Assembly (NCBI GenBank): GCA_045615765.1
Contig: JAZLFM010000013.1
Location: 29,043 to 93,042, forward strand
Length of the DNA: 64,000 nt
Reading direction: 5' to 3'
Origin: Bacteroidales bacterium
GTDB taxonomy: Bacteria; Bacteroidota; Bacteroidia; Bacteroidales; UBA1715
Under the pieces are notes generated by a model. That model saw only the letters and a program-made list of their open reading frames with translations. It was not told the origin of the DNA and ran no database searches. The translations under genes and the position numbers were made by a program. Every line of letters starts with the position of its first letter. The stretch's first letter is position 1. Shown piece after piece: positions 38,326 to 52,300 of this stretch.

Positions 38326-39771
38326 ATGTCTTCAAAAAGAACGGAAATAAAAGAACTTTTACAAGCTGAAGAATTAGATGTAAAAGTTGTTGTTAAAGGT
38401 TGGGTAAGAAACTGTCGTGGTAACAATTTTGTGTTGTTTGCCGCAGTAAATGATGGTTCTTCATTACAAAATATTCAAATTGTATTTGATACAGAAAAAT
38501 TCAAGGAAGAAGAATTGAAGAAGATAACTGTAGGTTCTTCTCTTAGTGTTGAAGGTATATTGAAAGCTTCTGAAGGTAAAGGACAACGTGTTGAAGTTGT
38601 AGCTGAAACATTCGAAGTGTTAGGACTTTGTAATCCTGATGAATATCCTATTCAACCAAAGAAACATTCATTGGAATTCTTGCGTGAAAATGCACACTTA
38701 CGCTTCCGTACAAACTTGTTCGGTGCGATTATGCGTGTTCGCCATAATATGATTTATGCAATTCATACATTCTTTACTCAAAAAGGATTCTACAATATCC
38801 ACACTGCACTTATCACTGGTTCAGACTGTGAGGGTGCAGGAGAAATGTTCCAAGTAACAACATTGGATATGAATGATTTGCCTAAAACTGAAGATGGTGC
38901 AATTGATTATTCTCAAGATTTCTTCGGTAAAATGACAAACTTGACTGTGTCTGGTCAGCTTGAGGTTGAATTGGCTTGTATGGCATTGTCGAAAGTATAT
39001 ACATTTGGTCCAACATTCCGTGCCGAAAATTCAAACACAACTCGTCACTTAGCAGAATTCTGGATGATAGAACCAGAAATCGCATTTGCCGACATTAACG
39101 ACGATATGGATATTGCAGAAGAGTTTTTGAAATACTTGATTCAATATGCTTTAGACCATTGTCGCGAAGATTTGGAATTCTTACAAGATCGTTTATTGCA
39201 AGAAGAAAAGTCAAAACCACAGAATGAACGTTCTATGCCATTGATTGAAAAACTTGAGTTCGTTTTGGCTAACGATTTCCAACGCTTGACTTATACTGAA
39301 GCAATCGAAATCTTGAAAGAATCAAAACCAAATCAAAAAGGTCAGTTCAAGTATAAAATCGAAGGTTACGGAGCCGATTTACAGAGTGAACACGAACGTT
39401 ATTTAGTAGAAAAACACTTTAAGAAACCAGTTATCCTTACAGGTTATCCAAAGGAAATCAAGGCTTTCTATATGAAACAAAATCCAGACGGAAAAACTGT
39501 TGCCGCAATGGATATTTTGTTCCCAGGTATCGGAGAAATTATCGGTGGTTCTGAACGTGAAGCTGATTTCGATAAGTTGAATAAACGTATTGAAGAATTG
39601 AATATTCCAATGAAAGATATGTGGTGGTATTTGGATACACGCCGTTTTGGTGCTGTGCCTCACTCTGGATTTGGTCTTGGTTTCGAACGTTTGATGTTAT
39701 TCGTAACTGGTATGTCGAACATTCGCGATGTAATCCCATTCCCACGTTATCCAAAATCTGCTGAATTTTAA
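38326..39771 (+). CDS. asnS: Asparagine--tRNA ligase
   Basis: Class II aaRS motifs: [25 protein letters not shown] (motif 2) and [12 protein letters not shown] (motif 3). An N-terminal OB anticodon-binding domain is present. Confidence 0.9.
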   Translation: MSSKRTEIKELLQAEELDVKVVVKGWVRNCRGNNFVLFAAVNDGSSLQNIQIVFDTEKFKEEELKKITVGSSLSVEGILKASEGKGQRVEVVAETFEVLGLCNPDEYPIQPKKHSLEFLRENAHLRFRTNLFGAIMRVRHNMIYAIHTFFTQKGFYNIHTALITGSDCEGAGEMFQVTTLDMNDLPKTEDGAIDYSQDFFGKMTNLTVSGQLEVELACMALSKVYTFGPTFRAENSNTTRHLAEFWMIEPEIAFADINDDMDIAEEFLKYLIQYALDHCREDLEFLQDRLLQEEKSKPQNERSMPLIEKLEFVLANDFQRLTYTEAIEILKESKPNQKGQFKYKIEGYGADLQSEHERYLVEKHFKKPVILTGYPKEIKAFYMKQNPDGKTVAAMDILFPGIGEIIGGSEREADFDKLNKRIEELNIPMKDMWWYLDTRRFGAVPHSGFGLGFERLMLFVTGMSNIRDVIPFPRYPKSAEF

Positions 39772-39773
39772 TT

Positions 39774-40211
39774 ATGGCGAAAGAGCTTGAATTTGTAAGT
39801 AAGATTACAAAGAATGCGTGTGAGGATTCTCAATTGTACGATTTCCTCTCTGATTTCCGTAATCTAGAAGCTATGCTTCCTGCAGAAGCTCGTGATAAGG
39901 TAAGTGTTTCGCAAGAGAATATTACTATTCAAGCAATGGGAAGTATGAGTATCACGCTTTCGGTATTGGAAAAGGAGCCATACAAATTGGTAAAACTTGG
40001 AACTGCAGGCAATGATATGTTTTGTTTGTGGATACAGTTAAAACAAGTTGCTCCTTACGATACGAGAATACGTATTACCCTGCGAATGAACGTGCCGTTG
40101 ATTGCGCGACCAATGATAAAGAAAGACAAAATGCAAGAGTTTGTTGATAATTTAGCATTGGCATTATCGCAGATTCCCACAATGGCATTCAATAAAAACA
40201 ATATGAATTAA
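39774..40211 (+). CDS. Hypothetical protein (145 aa), possibly SRPBCC/START-like fold
   Basis: The ORF starts 3 nt after the asnS stop and is followed by a strong terminator. No diagnostic motif was recognised; the fold guess is weak. Confidence 0.5.
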   Translation: MAKELEFVSKITKNACEDSQLYDFLSDFRNLEAMLPAEARDKVSVSQENITIQAMGSMSITLSVLEKEPYKLVKLGTAGNDMFCLWIQLKQVAPYDTRIRITLRMNVPLIARPMIKKDKMQEFVDNLALALSQIPTMAFNKNNMN

Positions 40212-40214
40212 AAG

Positions 40215-40250
40215 AAATCCCGATGTGAAAATCATCGGGATTTTTATTTC
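40215..40250 (+). terminator. Rho-independent terminator
   Basis: AAATCCCGATG (40215-40225) pairs with CATCGGGATTT (40233-40243) around loop TGAAAAT, then a T-run. Its arms are identical to those of the hairpin at 54021-54053. Confidence 0.85.
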
Positions 40251-40314
40251 TATGTTGCTATCAGTCTTGACTGTAAATCATTCTTATAATATTCTTATAT
40301 TTTGAAAAAAAAAC

Positions 40315-40322
40315 TATTTTTG
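40315..40322 (+). promoter_or_regulatory. Bacteroidetes -7 promoter element TATTTTTG for the 4540-aa gene
   Basis: Exact TAnnTTTG match 26 nt upstream of ATG 40348. It is preceded by TTTG (40301-40304) and an A9 tract (40305-40313). Confidence 0.5.
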
Positions 40323-40347
40323 CGCGAGAAAATTTGTCTGTTATTTT

Positions 40348-43300
40348 ATGCATAAATATATGAAAATGAATATACTTAACTCGTTTAAACGTGCGGTGCT
40401 AACGGTACTTTCGTTGGTCTCATTACAATTGATGACATTTGCGACGGATGTGACTTTTACCTATGTCGATTCAGATGATTCGGAAGCTGCAAAAATTTTT
40501 GATGGTATTTTATCAAATTATTGGTGGAATGGTTTAGGTTCGTCTGTTGTATTCGAATCTTCAGAAAAGGTTTTTGTGTCAGGTTATAAATTTTTGACTA
40601 CTGATGATGCGGATGAATATGCGTATGCAAACCCTTCTGGTTGGAAGTTGTCGGCAACAAATGCTCTTGATAGTTACGGAAATCCTACTGATTGGATTCT
40701 TATTGATGAAAAATCGGATGATTATACAATTGCAGGTGAAATTTCTCAATGGTATGAATTTTCTATAGTAAAAACGACAGAGCTATATAAATATTTTAAA
40801 TTAGAAATAACTGATAATCAAGCAACTGATTTAGATGAGGATCCTGAATGTCCTGAATGTTCTGTCTCTTTCCAGATTGCGGAGTTTACATTATTATATG
40901 AAACTTGTACAAATCATACTTATGAAAATGACATTTGTACGATTTGTGGAGTGTTAAATCCTAATCATATATGTACAGCATTCACTGATCATTTTTGCAA
41001 TATTTGTGGCTTAGTTGATCCTACAATTTTGCCACATTCTGCAGATGGTTATTATGAAATATCAACTTTGGAACAATTGCAGTTATGGGGTACAGCTATT
41101 GTGTCGGTTGATTCTTTGTCGAAGGCAAGACTTATGGCAGACATCGTGCTAAATGAACATGTACTAGCTGCCGATGGAAAATCATTGCAAAGTGCTCCTT
41201 CTACTTATACACAATGGGTACCTATAGGAAATTTCTCTGGTGTATTCGATGGTAATGGACATGTTATAAGTGGTTTGTATATTGATAATGATGAATACCA
41301 AAATGTAGGTTTCTTTGGCTCAATAGAAAATGCTGTTATTAAAAATCTCGGTATAGTTGATTCGTATGTAAAGGGAACTCATTACGATTCGAATACTGAT
41401 AAATATGATGCAAATGTCGGTGCAATTTGTGGATATGCATTTGCTTCGTCGGATAGTGATTATGTGTATTTCACAAATTGTTATAATACTGGTTATGTTT
41501 ATGGAAACAAAGCTGGTGGTATTTGTGGTTTTGTGTGCTATTTAATGTCTTATGGCTATCAAAAGTCTTTCTTTTATCATTGTTATAATACAGGGAATAT
41601 AGAAGCAACAAATTATTGTGGTGGAATTATAGGTAATACAGATAATGGGTCAAACACTATTAGTTATTGTTATAATACAGGAGTTTTATCATCCAACTTT
41701 ACTGCTTGTGGAATTGTTGCTACTTTATACGGTAGTGCAACAAATTGTTACAATATAGGTAATATAACGGCGAAATCATATACTGCGGGAATTTCATACG
41801 GTGGAAATGTATCGAATTGTTTCAATACGGGAACAATTTCTTTCGAATGGGGTGATGATTATTGCGATCCTATCTGTGGTTCAAGTTATTATAACTATGC
41901 TTCAGGTTCAAACAATTATTATTTGGAGAATTGTATTAATGTTACAGATTCCCATGTCGCAACTTCAATGACCGCAGAACAATTTGCGTCCGGTGAAGTT
42001 TGTTTTAAATTAAATAGTGAAAAGCTTATTTATTATCAAACTAAGCCTTCGGATTTACATCCTGTTCTTGATTCTACTCATAAAACAGTAATGTTAGGTA
42101 CACATGGTGCTTATATCAACCCATGTACTAGTCATACGTATGAAAATGATATAATGGTATGTACAATTTGCGATACCATAACTCTTGCTAAAAATGCAAC
42201 AGGTGAGTTCGAAATAAGCAGTGTACAAGATTTGTTGACTTTTGCATATTATGTAAATGAGGATGAAGGTCATGAAGGTGCAAAAGCAATTTTGACTGCC
42301 GATATTGATTTAAAAGACATAACGATTGTTCCAATGGGAACAGAAGCAAATCCGTTTGTTGGTTCATTTAATGGCGTTGGTCATCATATCTCAAATATGG
42401 TGATAGATAACCCAACAAAAGAAGCACAAGGATTGTTTGGTTATGTAGGAGATGCATGTACGATTTCTAATGTAATACTAGATAATACTTGTTCTATAAA
42501 AGCAAAAAGTAAGTCAGCTGCTTTAGTTGGTGTTGTTGCAGGATCTGGTGATGTAACGATTTTAGGTTGTTCTAGCTATGCTACGATAACTGGTGAAAAT
42601 TATATGGCAGGTCTTGTGGGTTACAATTCTTCGTTGACGGCAAGTGTTACTATCGAAAACTGTTTGAATGCAGGAGATGTAACTATTTCTGCTGCTGAAG
42701 GATATGCTGGAGCTATTGCTGCATCGTTAGGAGAAAATGCAAGTGTGGAAAATTGTTTGAATGTTGGAACAGTCACTGGTGCGAATACGGCATTGGCACG
42801 CATAAATACAGGTACGATAACAAATTGTTATCAAATAAATACAGAAACTACACAAGTAAACGTAACTGCTGTAAGTGCCGAAGAATTGGCTTCGGGTTTG
42901 ATTTGTTATAACTTAAATGAACAAACAACGAGCAATCCAATTTGGTATCAAACTTTGGAATCAGATAATTTCCCTGTTTTGGATGCATTACATTCAGAAA
43001 TTCATTTAAGTGGTGAAAAGAATTGCGATGGTTCTATAAAATCTGCAATGGTTTATACAAATGAGTCTGAGGATTTGGTTGCTCAAGACGAACATCAATT
43101 TGTTGCAGGTGTTTGTTCTGTCTGCAATGCTTGCGATATGGATTTCGTGGAGAAAGATGGAGAATATTTCCTAATCGGTAATGCCGACCAATTGTATTGG
43201 TTCTCAAAATATGTTGAGAATGGTAACACTGCAGCAAAAGCGAAATTAACTGCTGACATTATTGTAAATGATAATCTTGATGCCTCGACAGCGAAAGTTT

Positions 43301-46300
43301 GGAGACCGATAGGTTCTGAATCAAATGCATTCGCTGGAGAATTTGATGGAGATGGTCATACTATAAGCGGTTTATATTTTGATGATGCGACTACAAACAA
43401 TATTGGTTTGATTGGATACGCAAATGGTGCGACAATCGAAAATGTTGGTGTTGTGAACTCTTCTTTGAACGGTTATAAGAATATTGGTGCGATTTGTGGC
43501 TTTGCAATTGGAACTACTATTTCGAACTGTTTCAATAAGGCTATTGTAAGTGGTGTTGATGCAGTAGGTGGTGTTCTTGGTTGTGCAAATACAAACACGG
43601 TAAAGGTAAAGTATTCGTATAATGAAGGTACAGTAACAGGTTCTCGAAACTATGCTGGTGGTGTTGTAGGTTATTGTCGCCTTGCTGCGGTAACAATTGA
43701 AAACTGTTATAATGTAGGAACGGTTACTGGTAATGCGTATGTAGCTGGTATTAGTGGTTACAAAGGTTCAATCTCAAAATCATTCAATTATACAGCCATA
43801 GTTGGAAATAACTATGTTGGCAACATCGTTGGTGAATTTGATGGAACATTAAGCGATAACTATTATTTAGAAACACTTGACATAGATGTAAATGCCGAGG
43901 CAAAATCCACAGAATTCTTTGCTAATGGTGAACTGGCTTATGTTTTAAATGGTTCTGCAACAGAAACTCCGGTATGGTATCAAACTATTGGTACAGACAA
44001 CTATCCTGTATTGGATAATTCGCATAGTGTGATACATACTTATTTAGAAAAGAATTGTTCGGGTGTTGCCAAAGGTGCTGTACAATATGTAAATACAGAT
44101 GAAGACCAAATTGTACAAGATGAGCACATCTTTGTGGATGGAATGTGTTCTGTTTGTGGGTCTGCACGCGATGGTTTTATGACTCCTAATGAAGATGGAG
44201 TATTTGAAATCGCAAATGCAGGTGAACTTCGTTGGTTTGCTTCGTATGTAAATGCAGGTAACGGTAATGCACGTGCAAAATTAGTTGCCGACATTGTATT
44301 GAACGAAAATGTGTTGAACGAAGACTATACATTGAATGGTACAGGAAAAGATTTTATTCAATGGACTCCAATTGGTAATTACTCGGTTCCTTTTAGTGGA
44401 AGTATCGATGGTCAAAACCATACAATAAGTGGTTTGTATTTTAATGGACCGGGTGAATATATCGGTCTTGTTGGCTATATGGAGGGTAATGCTGGTGGTG
44501 TAGCGATTAATAATCTTGGCATTATTAATAGTTATATTGCAGTAGAAGGAAAAGGTCAATATGTCGGTGGTTTTATAGGTTCTTCTTACTGCAATGCAGC
44601 AATTGAGTCTTGTTACTTTAATGGCGCAATTAGTTCAAATAATGCATCTGTCGGTGGTATAATAGGGGAAACAAGTACTATGGATATAACTAACTGTTAT
44701 ACTGAAGGACGTATATACGCAAAAGCAGGAAATGTTGGTGGTATAGTTGGTGAATATAGCCAAAAGACAGTTTCAAATTGCCACAACTCTGCTATGGTTT
44801 CGTCTTCGGGTGATTATGTTGGTGGTATTGTAGGACGAGCTGTTGTTGATTTTGTTTATTCACATAGAAATGTAGCAACAATTAAAGACTCCTATAATGA
44901 AGGTGAGATTTTGGGTACATCGTATGTTGGTGGTATTTGTGGAGATCATTCAAATTACAATATCTCTGAGAGAGATATTCGTTCTGTTTATTTATCAAAT
45001 TGTTATAATGCCGGAAAAATTTCGGGCTCATCGTATGTCGGTGGTATTGCAGGAAAAAATAATTTGGGGTTAACAAATGTTCAAAATCTTGCAACGGTAA
45101 ACGGTACAGAAGAATATGTCGGTGGTATTGTAGGTTATGGTAATTTTGTATCTACAGCTATTAATACAGGTGTTGTTACTTGTAATGGAAAGACCACACG
45201 AGTAGGAGCAATTGCTGGTTCTATTTCAGAAAGCGGTGGTGTACTTAGTGCAATTTATGATAAAGATGTGACGTCATATAAAGGAATCAATAATGATGCT
45301 AGTTGGGAAGATTTTGTTCCTTTATCTCCTAAAAGTATGCAGGCCTTTGGTTTAACAACTGAGCAACTTTGTAAAGGTCAATTGGAGGGAAATAGCGAGA
45401 CCAGAGGATGGACGCAAAATGATTTCTTTGATAATTATTCACACATAATAGATGTTAATGACAATGTTGTAGATTCAACATTAAACAAAAGGGCGTGGTC
45501 AAGAGGAAATTTCGATGTTGCAGCGTCAAATATAGTAACAACGGATAACGAGTTTGGTGTTTCTCAAAAAGGGTTATATCCATATTTGTCTTCTTTCTCA
45601 TATCGTCCGGCAGCTACAATAAAATTCTATAATTTCGGTGACGAAGAGGATACCAATTGGAAAACGTATCGTCCTATTGTACAAGTAAGTGAGTTGTATG
45701 CGATAACTACAAGTGAATCAGATTTGTCTGCTAACTATGTTTTGATGTGCGACATTGCTGATTATGAAAATTTGGATGCTGATGGCAAGTTACTAGATAC
45801 TCCGGTAAATACTTGGCCTGGTATAGGATATTGTATAAGATCAGGAGGATTGCCAGCCGAAGATGGAGATTACTATGAACCGTTCCGTGGGTATTTTGCC
45901 GGACGCGGTCATACAATTTCCGGATTAAGTCTTATATCTAATGCCGGTCAAGCAACAAATGGACTTATTAATACGGCAGAGAATGCAACTATTACAGGAG
46001 TAACAATAAAGAATAGTAACTTAGCAAATGAGTATCTTTTGTCAAGCGGTATGATTTGTGGCTTTGCAAAAAATACAACAATTTTGGATTGTAAATCTTA
46101 TTGTAATTTAGAGGGTGACAACTATGATCGTGTGGGTGGTATTTGTGGTATATTAGAAAATGGTATAGTAAAAGATTGTTATAATTATGGGTCTATTTCT
46201 AGCTCAGGATATTATATTGGTGGTATTGTTGGTTCTAGTAGTGGAACTATAATGCATTGTGGTAATTATGGAGATATTTCTAGTTCCTATAACGTTGGTG

Positions 46301-49300
46301 GTATAGTTGGAGTTGGAGGTTCTATTAATTATTGTTACAATAAAGGTACAATAACAGCGCATCATGTTGCAACTACAGGTTCTCGTCAAGGTAATTGTGC
46401 CGGAGGTATTGCAGGTATATATGGTACTATAGCAAACTGTTTTAATGTAGGAACAATTAAAGCTGATGAAAATGCTGGTGGTTTAGTAGGTGGATATGCT
46501 ACAAGTATTACTTCTTCATATAATATTGGTTCGGTAAGTGGAACGGATGCTAAAACTGCTGGATTAGGTAGTTTGGTAGGAGCATCTTCTGGTAATACAA
46601 AATTATCATATAACTATAATGATACACTAAAATGTAATATAGGTGCGGTTGATGGTATTGATACTCCAGGATCGGGAGAAGGTATTGCAACAATAGATTT
46701 CTGTGGCACTTTGCCAAAAGGTTTCTCACCAAGTATATGGGCAATAAGACCTGCAGAAATGGAAGGTTTGAAAAACAAAAATTACTATCCATATCTACGC
46801 TATTGGGGACCAGATTCTGCAATGGTTGCGGTTGTTGTAGAAACCTACCAAATCACATTAGAATTTAATGGCGGTATTGCAAAAGGAACAGTTCCAACTT
46901 CGTATGCTTCAGGTATTGGTGTTGACCTTCCTGTAGAAGTTACTCAAGACGGTTATGCATTTGCAGGTTGGTATTCAAATTCAAACTTTACGAGTGATGT
47001 CTATACAAAGGTTGACCAAAGTGCAATAGGTAATAAAATCTTCTATGCTCGTTGGATTGCCGATGTATATGATGTTGCATTCAATGCAAATGGTGGAAGA
47101 GTCAATTCTGGTAATGTTGCAAGTTATACATTTGGAAACAATGTTATCCTTCCTCTTGATGTAACTCGTACTGGTTATACATTTGCTGGTTGGTACGATA
47201 CTGAAGATTGTTCTGGTGACCGCATTTTACAAATTTCGGCGAAAGAATTTGGTAATAAGGAATATTGGGCAAAATGGAACGTGGTTGATTATGCGATTAC
47301 ATACAATGTAAATGGCGGGGCAATCAATGATACTGATTACACTTCTGCATATAAATATGCTTTTGCTGAAGTTTCATTACCTTCGAATGTTACAAGGACT
47401 GGTTACACATTTGCCGGTTGGTATGATAATTCAAACTTGAACGGTGAGCCAGTAACTTCAATCGCAATGACAGAATACGGCGACAAAGAATATTGGGCAA
47501 AATGGGATGTGAATACATATAAGGTTACGTTGGATGTTAATGATGGTAACATTAACAGCGGTAATCTTGTAATGTATGTATACGACGTATTGTCGATTCT
47601 TCCTGCCGATGTAACTAAGGTTGGCTACACATTTGGTGGTTGGTATGCTGATGAGGATTGCTCTGGTGATCAGATTCTACAGATTTCTAAGGGTGAGTAC
47701 GGCGATAAACAATTCTATGCAAAATGGACTGCCAATACATATAAGGTAACTTTAGTAGTAAATGACGGTACTATCAATAAAGGTTCTATCAGCGACTATA
47801 CTTATGGCGAGGGTGCAACGCTTCCAACTGATGTTACAAGAACTGGTTATGAATTCGAAGGTTGGTACACAACTTCGTATTTCGACAATTCAAATGTTTT
47901 GACAATCGGTACAAATGACTTCGGTGACAAAACGTATTGGGCAAAATGGTCGGTTGCATCATATAATGTGGATCTTGTAACTAATGGTGGAACAATTAAT
48001 GATGGTACAATCGATAGTTATACATTTGGTGTCGGCGCAATTTTGCCAACAAATGTTACTAAGATTGGTTATGAGTTTACTGGTTGGTACGCAAATGCTG
48101 AATGTACGGGAACACCAGTGAAGGATATCACAACTGCTGACATTGATGATTTGTCATTCTATGCTGGTTGGAAGAAGGCTGTTTATACTATCTCATTCGA
48201 TAACAATGGTGGTGCAATAAAAGACGAGTCGTATGCGACTACATATTCGTATGACCTTGAGAAATCAATTTCATTGCCTGCTACTGTAGAAAAAGCAGGA
48301 TGTACGTTTGCTGGTTGGTATGACAATGTAAACCTTACTGGTGAGAGTCTTACTTCTGTTGCCGCTGGTGAATATGGTGACAAAACGTATTATGCACAAT
48401 GGACTCCGAATACCTACACGGTAACATTGAATGCAAATGACGGTATTGTGAATAATGGTGACATAACTTCGTATGTTTACGGTGTTGTGGTTTCATTGCC
48501 AACAGATGTGACAAAAGATGGCTATACTTTTATGGGTTGGTACGATAATGCAGACCTAACAGGATCAACAGTGAGCATAATTCCGTCAACATCGATAGGT
48601 AATCAGACATTCTATGCTAGTTGGTCAACAAATGCATATTCTGTAACATTGAACACGAATGACGGTGTTGTAAAAACAAATGGTATTACTGGATATGTTT
48701 ATGGTACAGGTGCAACACTACCAGGAATGAACGATATAGAAAAGACAGGCTACACATTTGCTGGTTGGTACAACAACTCAAGTTATGTAGGAACTGCTGT
48801 TACCGAAATTTCAACAACTGAAACCGGAAGTAAATCATATTGGGCAAAATGGTTGGTAAATTCATACTCAATTGCCTTGACTGTAAACGGTGGAACAATT
48901 AATAGCGGAAATGTTACAAACTATGTATATGGCAATGGTGTTTCTTTGCCAAGTGATGTAACAAAGGTAGGAAACACATTCGGTGGTTGGTATACGAAAG
49001 AGGATCTTTCTGGAGAAGCTGTTACAAGAATTGATGAGTCCGCAATTGGTGATATGACATTCTTCGCAAAATGGACGGAAAATGAATACAGTATCGTATA
49101 TGAAACGACTGCTGGTGTGATAGCTGACGCAGCTTATGTACAAGCTTATACTTATGGAATTGGTGCGACGTTGCCACAATCAGTGGAAAAATCAGGATAT
49201 ACATTTGCAGGTTGGTACACAAATTCAGCGTATGAAGGTTCTGCTGTATCGACAATTTCAAAAACTGAATATGGAAACAAGACATTCTATGCAAAATGGA

Positions 49301-52300
49301 GTGTTAACACATATGCAGTAGAATTAAATCCTAATGAAGGTACTATTAATTCAGGCAATTTAGTAGAATATACATTTGGTGTTGGCGCACCACTTCCAAC
49401 AAATGTAACGAAAACAGGTTACAAGTTTGAGGGTTGGTACGACAATGCGGAACTTACAGGTGATGCTGTTGCTGCAATTGCAAACAATGTAAGTGGAAAA
49501 CAATCATTCTTCGCAAAATGGAGTGCAAACACTTATGCGGTTAAGATGAATGCCAACGGTGGAACAATCAATGCCGGTGATGTAACAGCATATACATTCG
49601 GAGTACAAGAAACTCTTCCAACAGATGTGACAAGAACAGGCTACACGTTTGCCGGCTGGTTCAACAACTCTAACTTGACTGGAGAAAAACAGACAGAAAT
49701 TAGTTCTACAATATCAGGCGACTTGTCGTTCTTCGCGAAATGGACTGTGAACAATTATGCTGTTGCATTGAATGCGAACGAAGGAACAATTAATAGTGGA
49801 AATATTACAAGCTATGTATATGGCAACGGTGCGACATTACCAAGTGATGTGACTAGATTAGGTTACACATTCAGTGGTTGGTACAATGTTTTGGATTCAA
49901 CGAAACAGGTGGTACGAATTGATGAAACTGTAACTGGCGACCAGAAGTTCTTTGCAAAATGGAGTGCAAACACTTATGCAGTTAAGATGAATGCCAACGG
50001 TGGAACAATCAATGTCGGCGATGTAACAGCATATACATTCGGTGTACAAAAAACTCTTCCAACAGATGTGACAAGAACAGGCTACACGTTTGCTGGCTGG
50101 TTCAATAACTCAAACTTGACTGGAGAAAAACAGACAGAAATTAGTTCTACAATATCAGGCGACTTGTCGTTCTTCGCGAAATGGAATGTGAACAGTTATG
50201 CTGTTACATTGAATGCGAATGGCGGTACAGTAAATAGTGGAAATGTTGTGGCATATACATATAGTAATGGTGCGACATTGCCAATAGATGTAACCAAAAG
50301 AGGTTGCAAATTCGTTGGTTGGTACGATAATGCTAAATTTACAGGTGATGCTGTATTGACTATCGGCTTAGATGAAAGCGGTGATAAGACATATTATGCA
50401 AAATGGAATACGAACTCCTATGCAGTCACTTTGATTGTAAACGAAGGTTCTATAAATGCAGGTAATGTGACCTCATATACATATGGAGAAAGTGTTGTAT
50501 TGCCTAGTGATATTACAAGGGATGGTTATACATTTAATGGTTGGTATGCAAATTCTAGTCTTTCAGGAGACGAAATTTCTGAAATTGCGGCAGATGAAAT
50601 AGGTGACAAGACATATTACGCAAAATGGACAGCGAATACATATAAAATTTCATTATATGCTGCCGATGGTACTATTAATTCAACAGTTCCAACAGAATAT
50701 ACGTATGGAACATTGACAATATTACCAACAAATGTTACTCGTGAAGGTTACACATTTGATGGTTGGTATAAAACAGAAATGATGCAATTGCATGTTGCAA
50801 AGGTTACCAATGTAAATATGTCTAATGTTGTGACTGTTGTTAGTCGTCATTTAGGAAATATCTCGGCATCAGCACTTGTGTATAATGATCTTGATTCCGT
50901 AGTGACATTATCTGTTCCACATTATAAGATGTTGGGTCTTCTGGAAGATTTAAATTACGAGGGATTTGATGTTTCTGCATCGATGTTAGGACCTTCTGTT
51001 ATTGTTTCAGGTTATGACGTGAATCTTGTTTCGTTTGGCGAAAATCCAACAAAAGTTATTCGTTTAGTTAAATCATATTTTGGAAAGACGATTTCGGGAG
51101 ACGAACAACTTCCATTGGGTATTGCAGAGAATATTCCTTTTGAGACATCTGAAAAATTTGGATCAGAAATCGCTTCTGTAGGTGGAATGGTAGAAATAAA
51201 AGCTACAACTACTTCTGGTAAACATCCTGTTGTTGCAATTTACACAACAGATAAAGGTGACAAGTTGTTAGAAGCACATTGGAATGTAAATTCTTATAAG
51301 GTTACGTTAGAAGTAAATGGTGGAACAAATACTAAAATTATTTCTGATTATACTTATGGTGAAGGTGTAAGTCTTCCTACTTCTGAAGAAATTACTCGTG
51401 TAGGCCATACTTTTGTTGGTTGGTTCACAACTTCTAACTTTGATGGTGAAGCCGTTACTGAAATATCGAAAGCAGACTTTGGCAACAAGACATTCTATGC
51501 AAAATGGAATGTTAACAACTACGCTGTTACATTGAATGCGAACGACGGAACAATCAATAGCGGCAATGTTACAAGCTATGTATATGGCAACGGCGCTAAT
51601 TTACCAAGCGACGTTACGAAGACGGGCTATAAGTTTGATGGCTGGTACAATGTAACAGATTCCACAAAACAAGTTGTCCGCATAGACGAGTCCTCAACTG
51701 GCGACCAGGCGTTCTTCGCAAAATGGACAGCGAACTCGTATAACGTCATTCTGGTTGTAAACGAAGGAACGATAAACGAAGGCAATGTAGAGTCATACGT
51801 GTACGGTGAAGGTGCGACGCTTCCAAGCGATGTTACGAAGGAAGGCTATAGTTTTGACGGTTGGTTCGCCAACACAAGTTATACAGGCGGTTCTGTGACG
51901 TCAATCGCGAAGAACGACGTGGGCGACAAGCAGTTCTGGGCAAAATGGACGATAAACGAATACGAAGTAACTGCTATAGCCGAAAATGGTTCGATTACAG
52001 GTGCCGGCGCTTATGAATACAAATCTACAGCAACGTTGAAGGCGACTGCCAACGAAGGATATGAGTTCGTTGCCTGGTCGGTTGACAGTGCCGATGTAGA
52101 GATGTTCCGTGGAACGTCTCTTGTAGATGAAAAAATCTCATTTGTGGTAACAAAAGCAATTTCGTTAGTTGCGAACTTCAAGGAGAAGGAGAAAGTCCTT
52201 GTAGTGGGTGAGTTGTCGATTCCGACGATGAAGACAGAACGTGAGGCTGCTCCGATCGACTTGTCTGGTTTGTTCACGACGACGGAAGACGGCGAGGTAA

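Larger units (their letters stand above)
46846..51948 (+). repeat. Array of 21 Listeria-Bacteroides repeat (Flg_new / InlB B-repeat-like) units, ~73-77 aa (~220-230 bp) each
   Basis: Each unit follows Y.V.L..NGG.IN.G....Y.YG....LP..V.+.GY.F.GWY.......G..V..I.....GDK.(F/Y)(Y/W)AKW. I counted 21 closing A(K/R/G/Q/S/H)W motifs, from FYARW to FWAKW (51946-51948). Confidence 0.85.

Noticed and set aside
40305-40313. A9 homopolymer between TTTG and the -7 box of the 4540-aa gene as a slipped-strand phase-variation switch
   Set aside because: Tracts of A7-A9 are common in this AT-rich sequence (for example near 12583). The TTTG-to--7 spacing here is not the canonical ~19 nt anyway. There is no evidence of length heterogeneity from a single sequence.
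46846-51948. Regular ~220-bp DNA periodicity that could be mistaken for a CRISPR or satellite array
   Set aside because: The repeats are in-frame coding units of a protein repeat (Flg_new) with diverged sequences. They have no short conserved repeat/spacer organisation and no cas genes.
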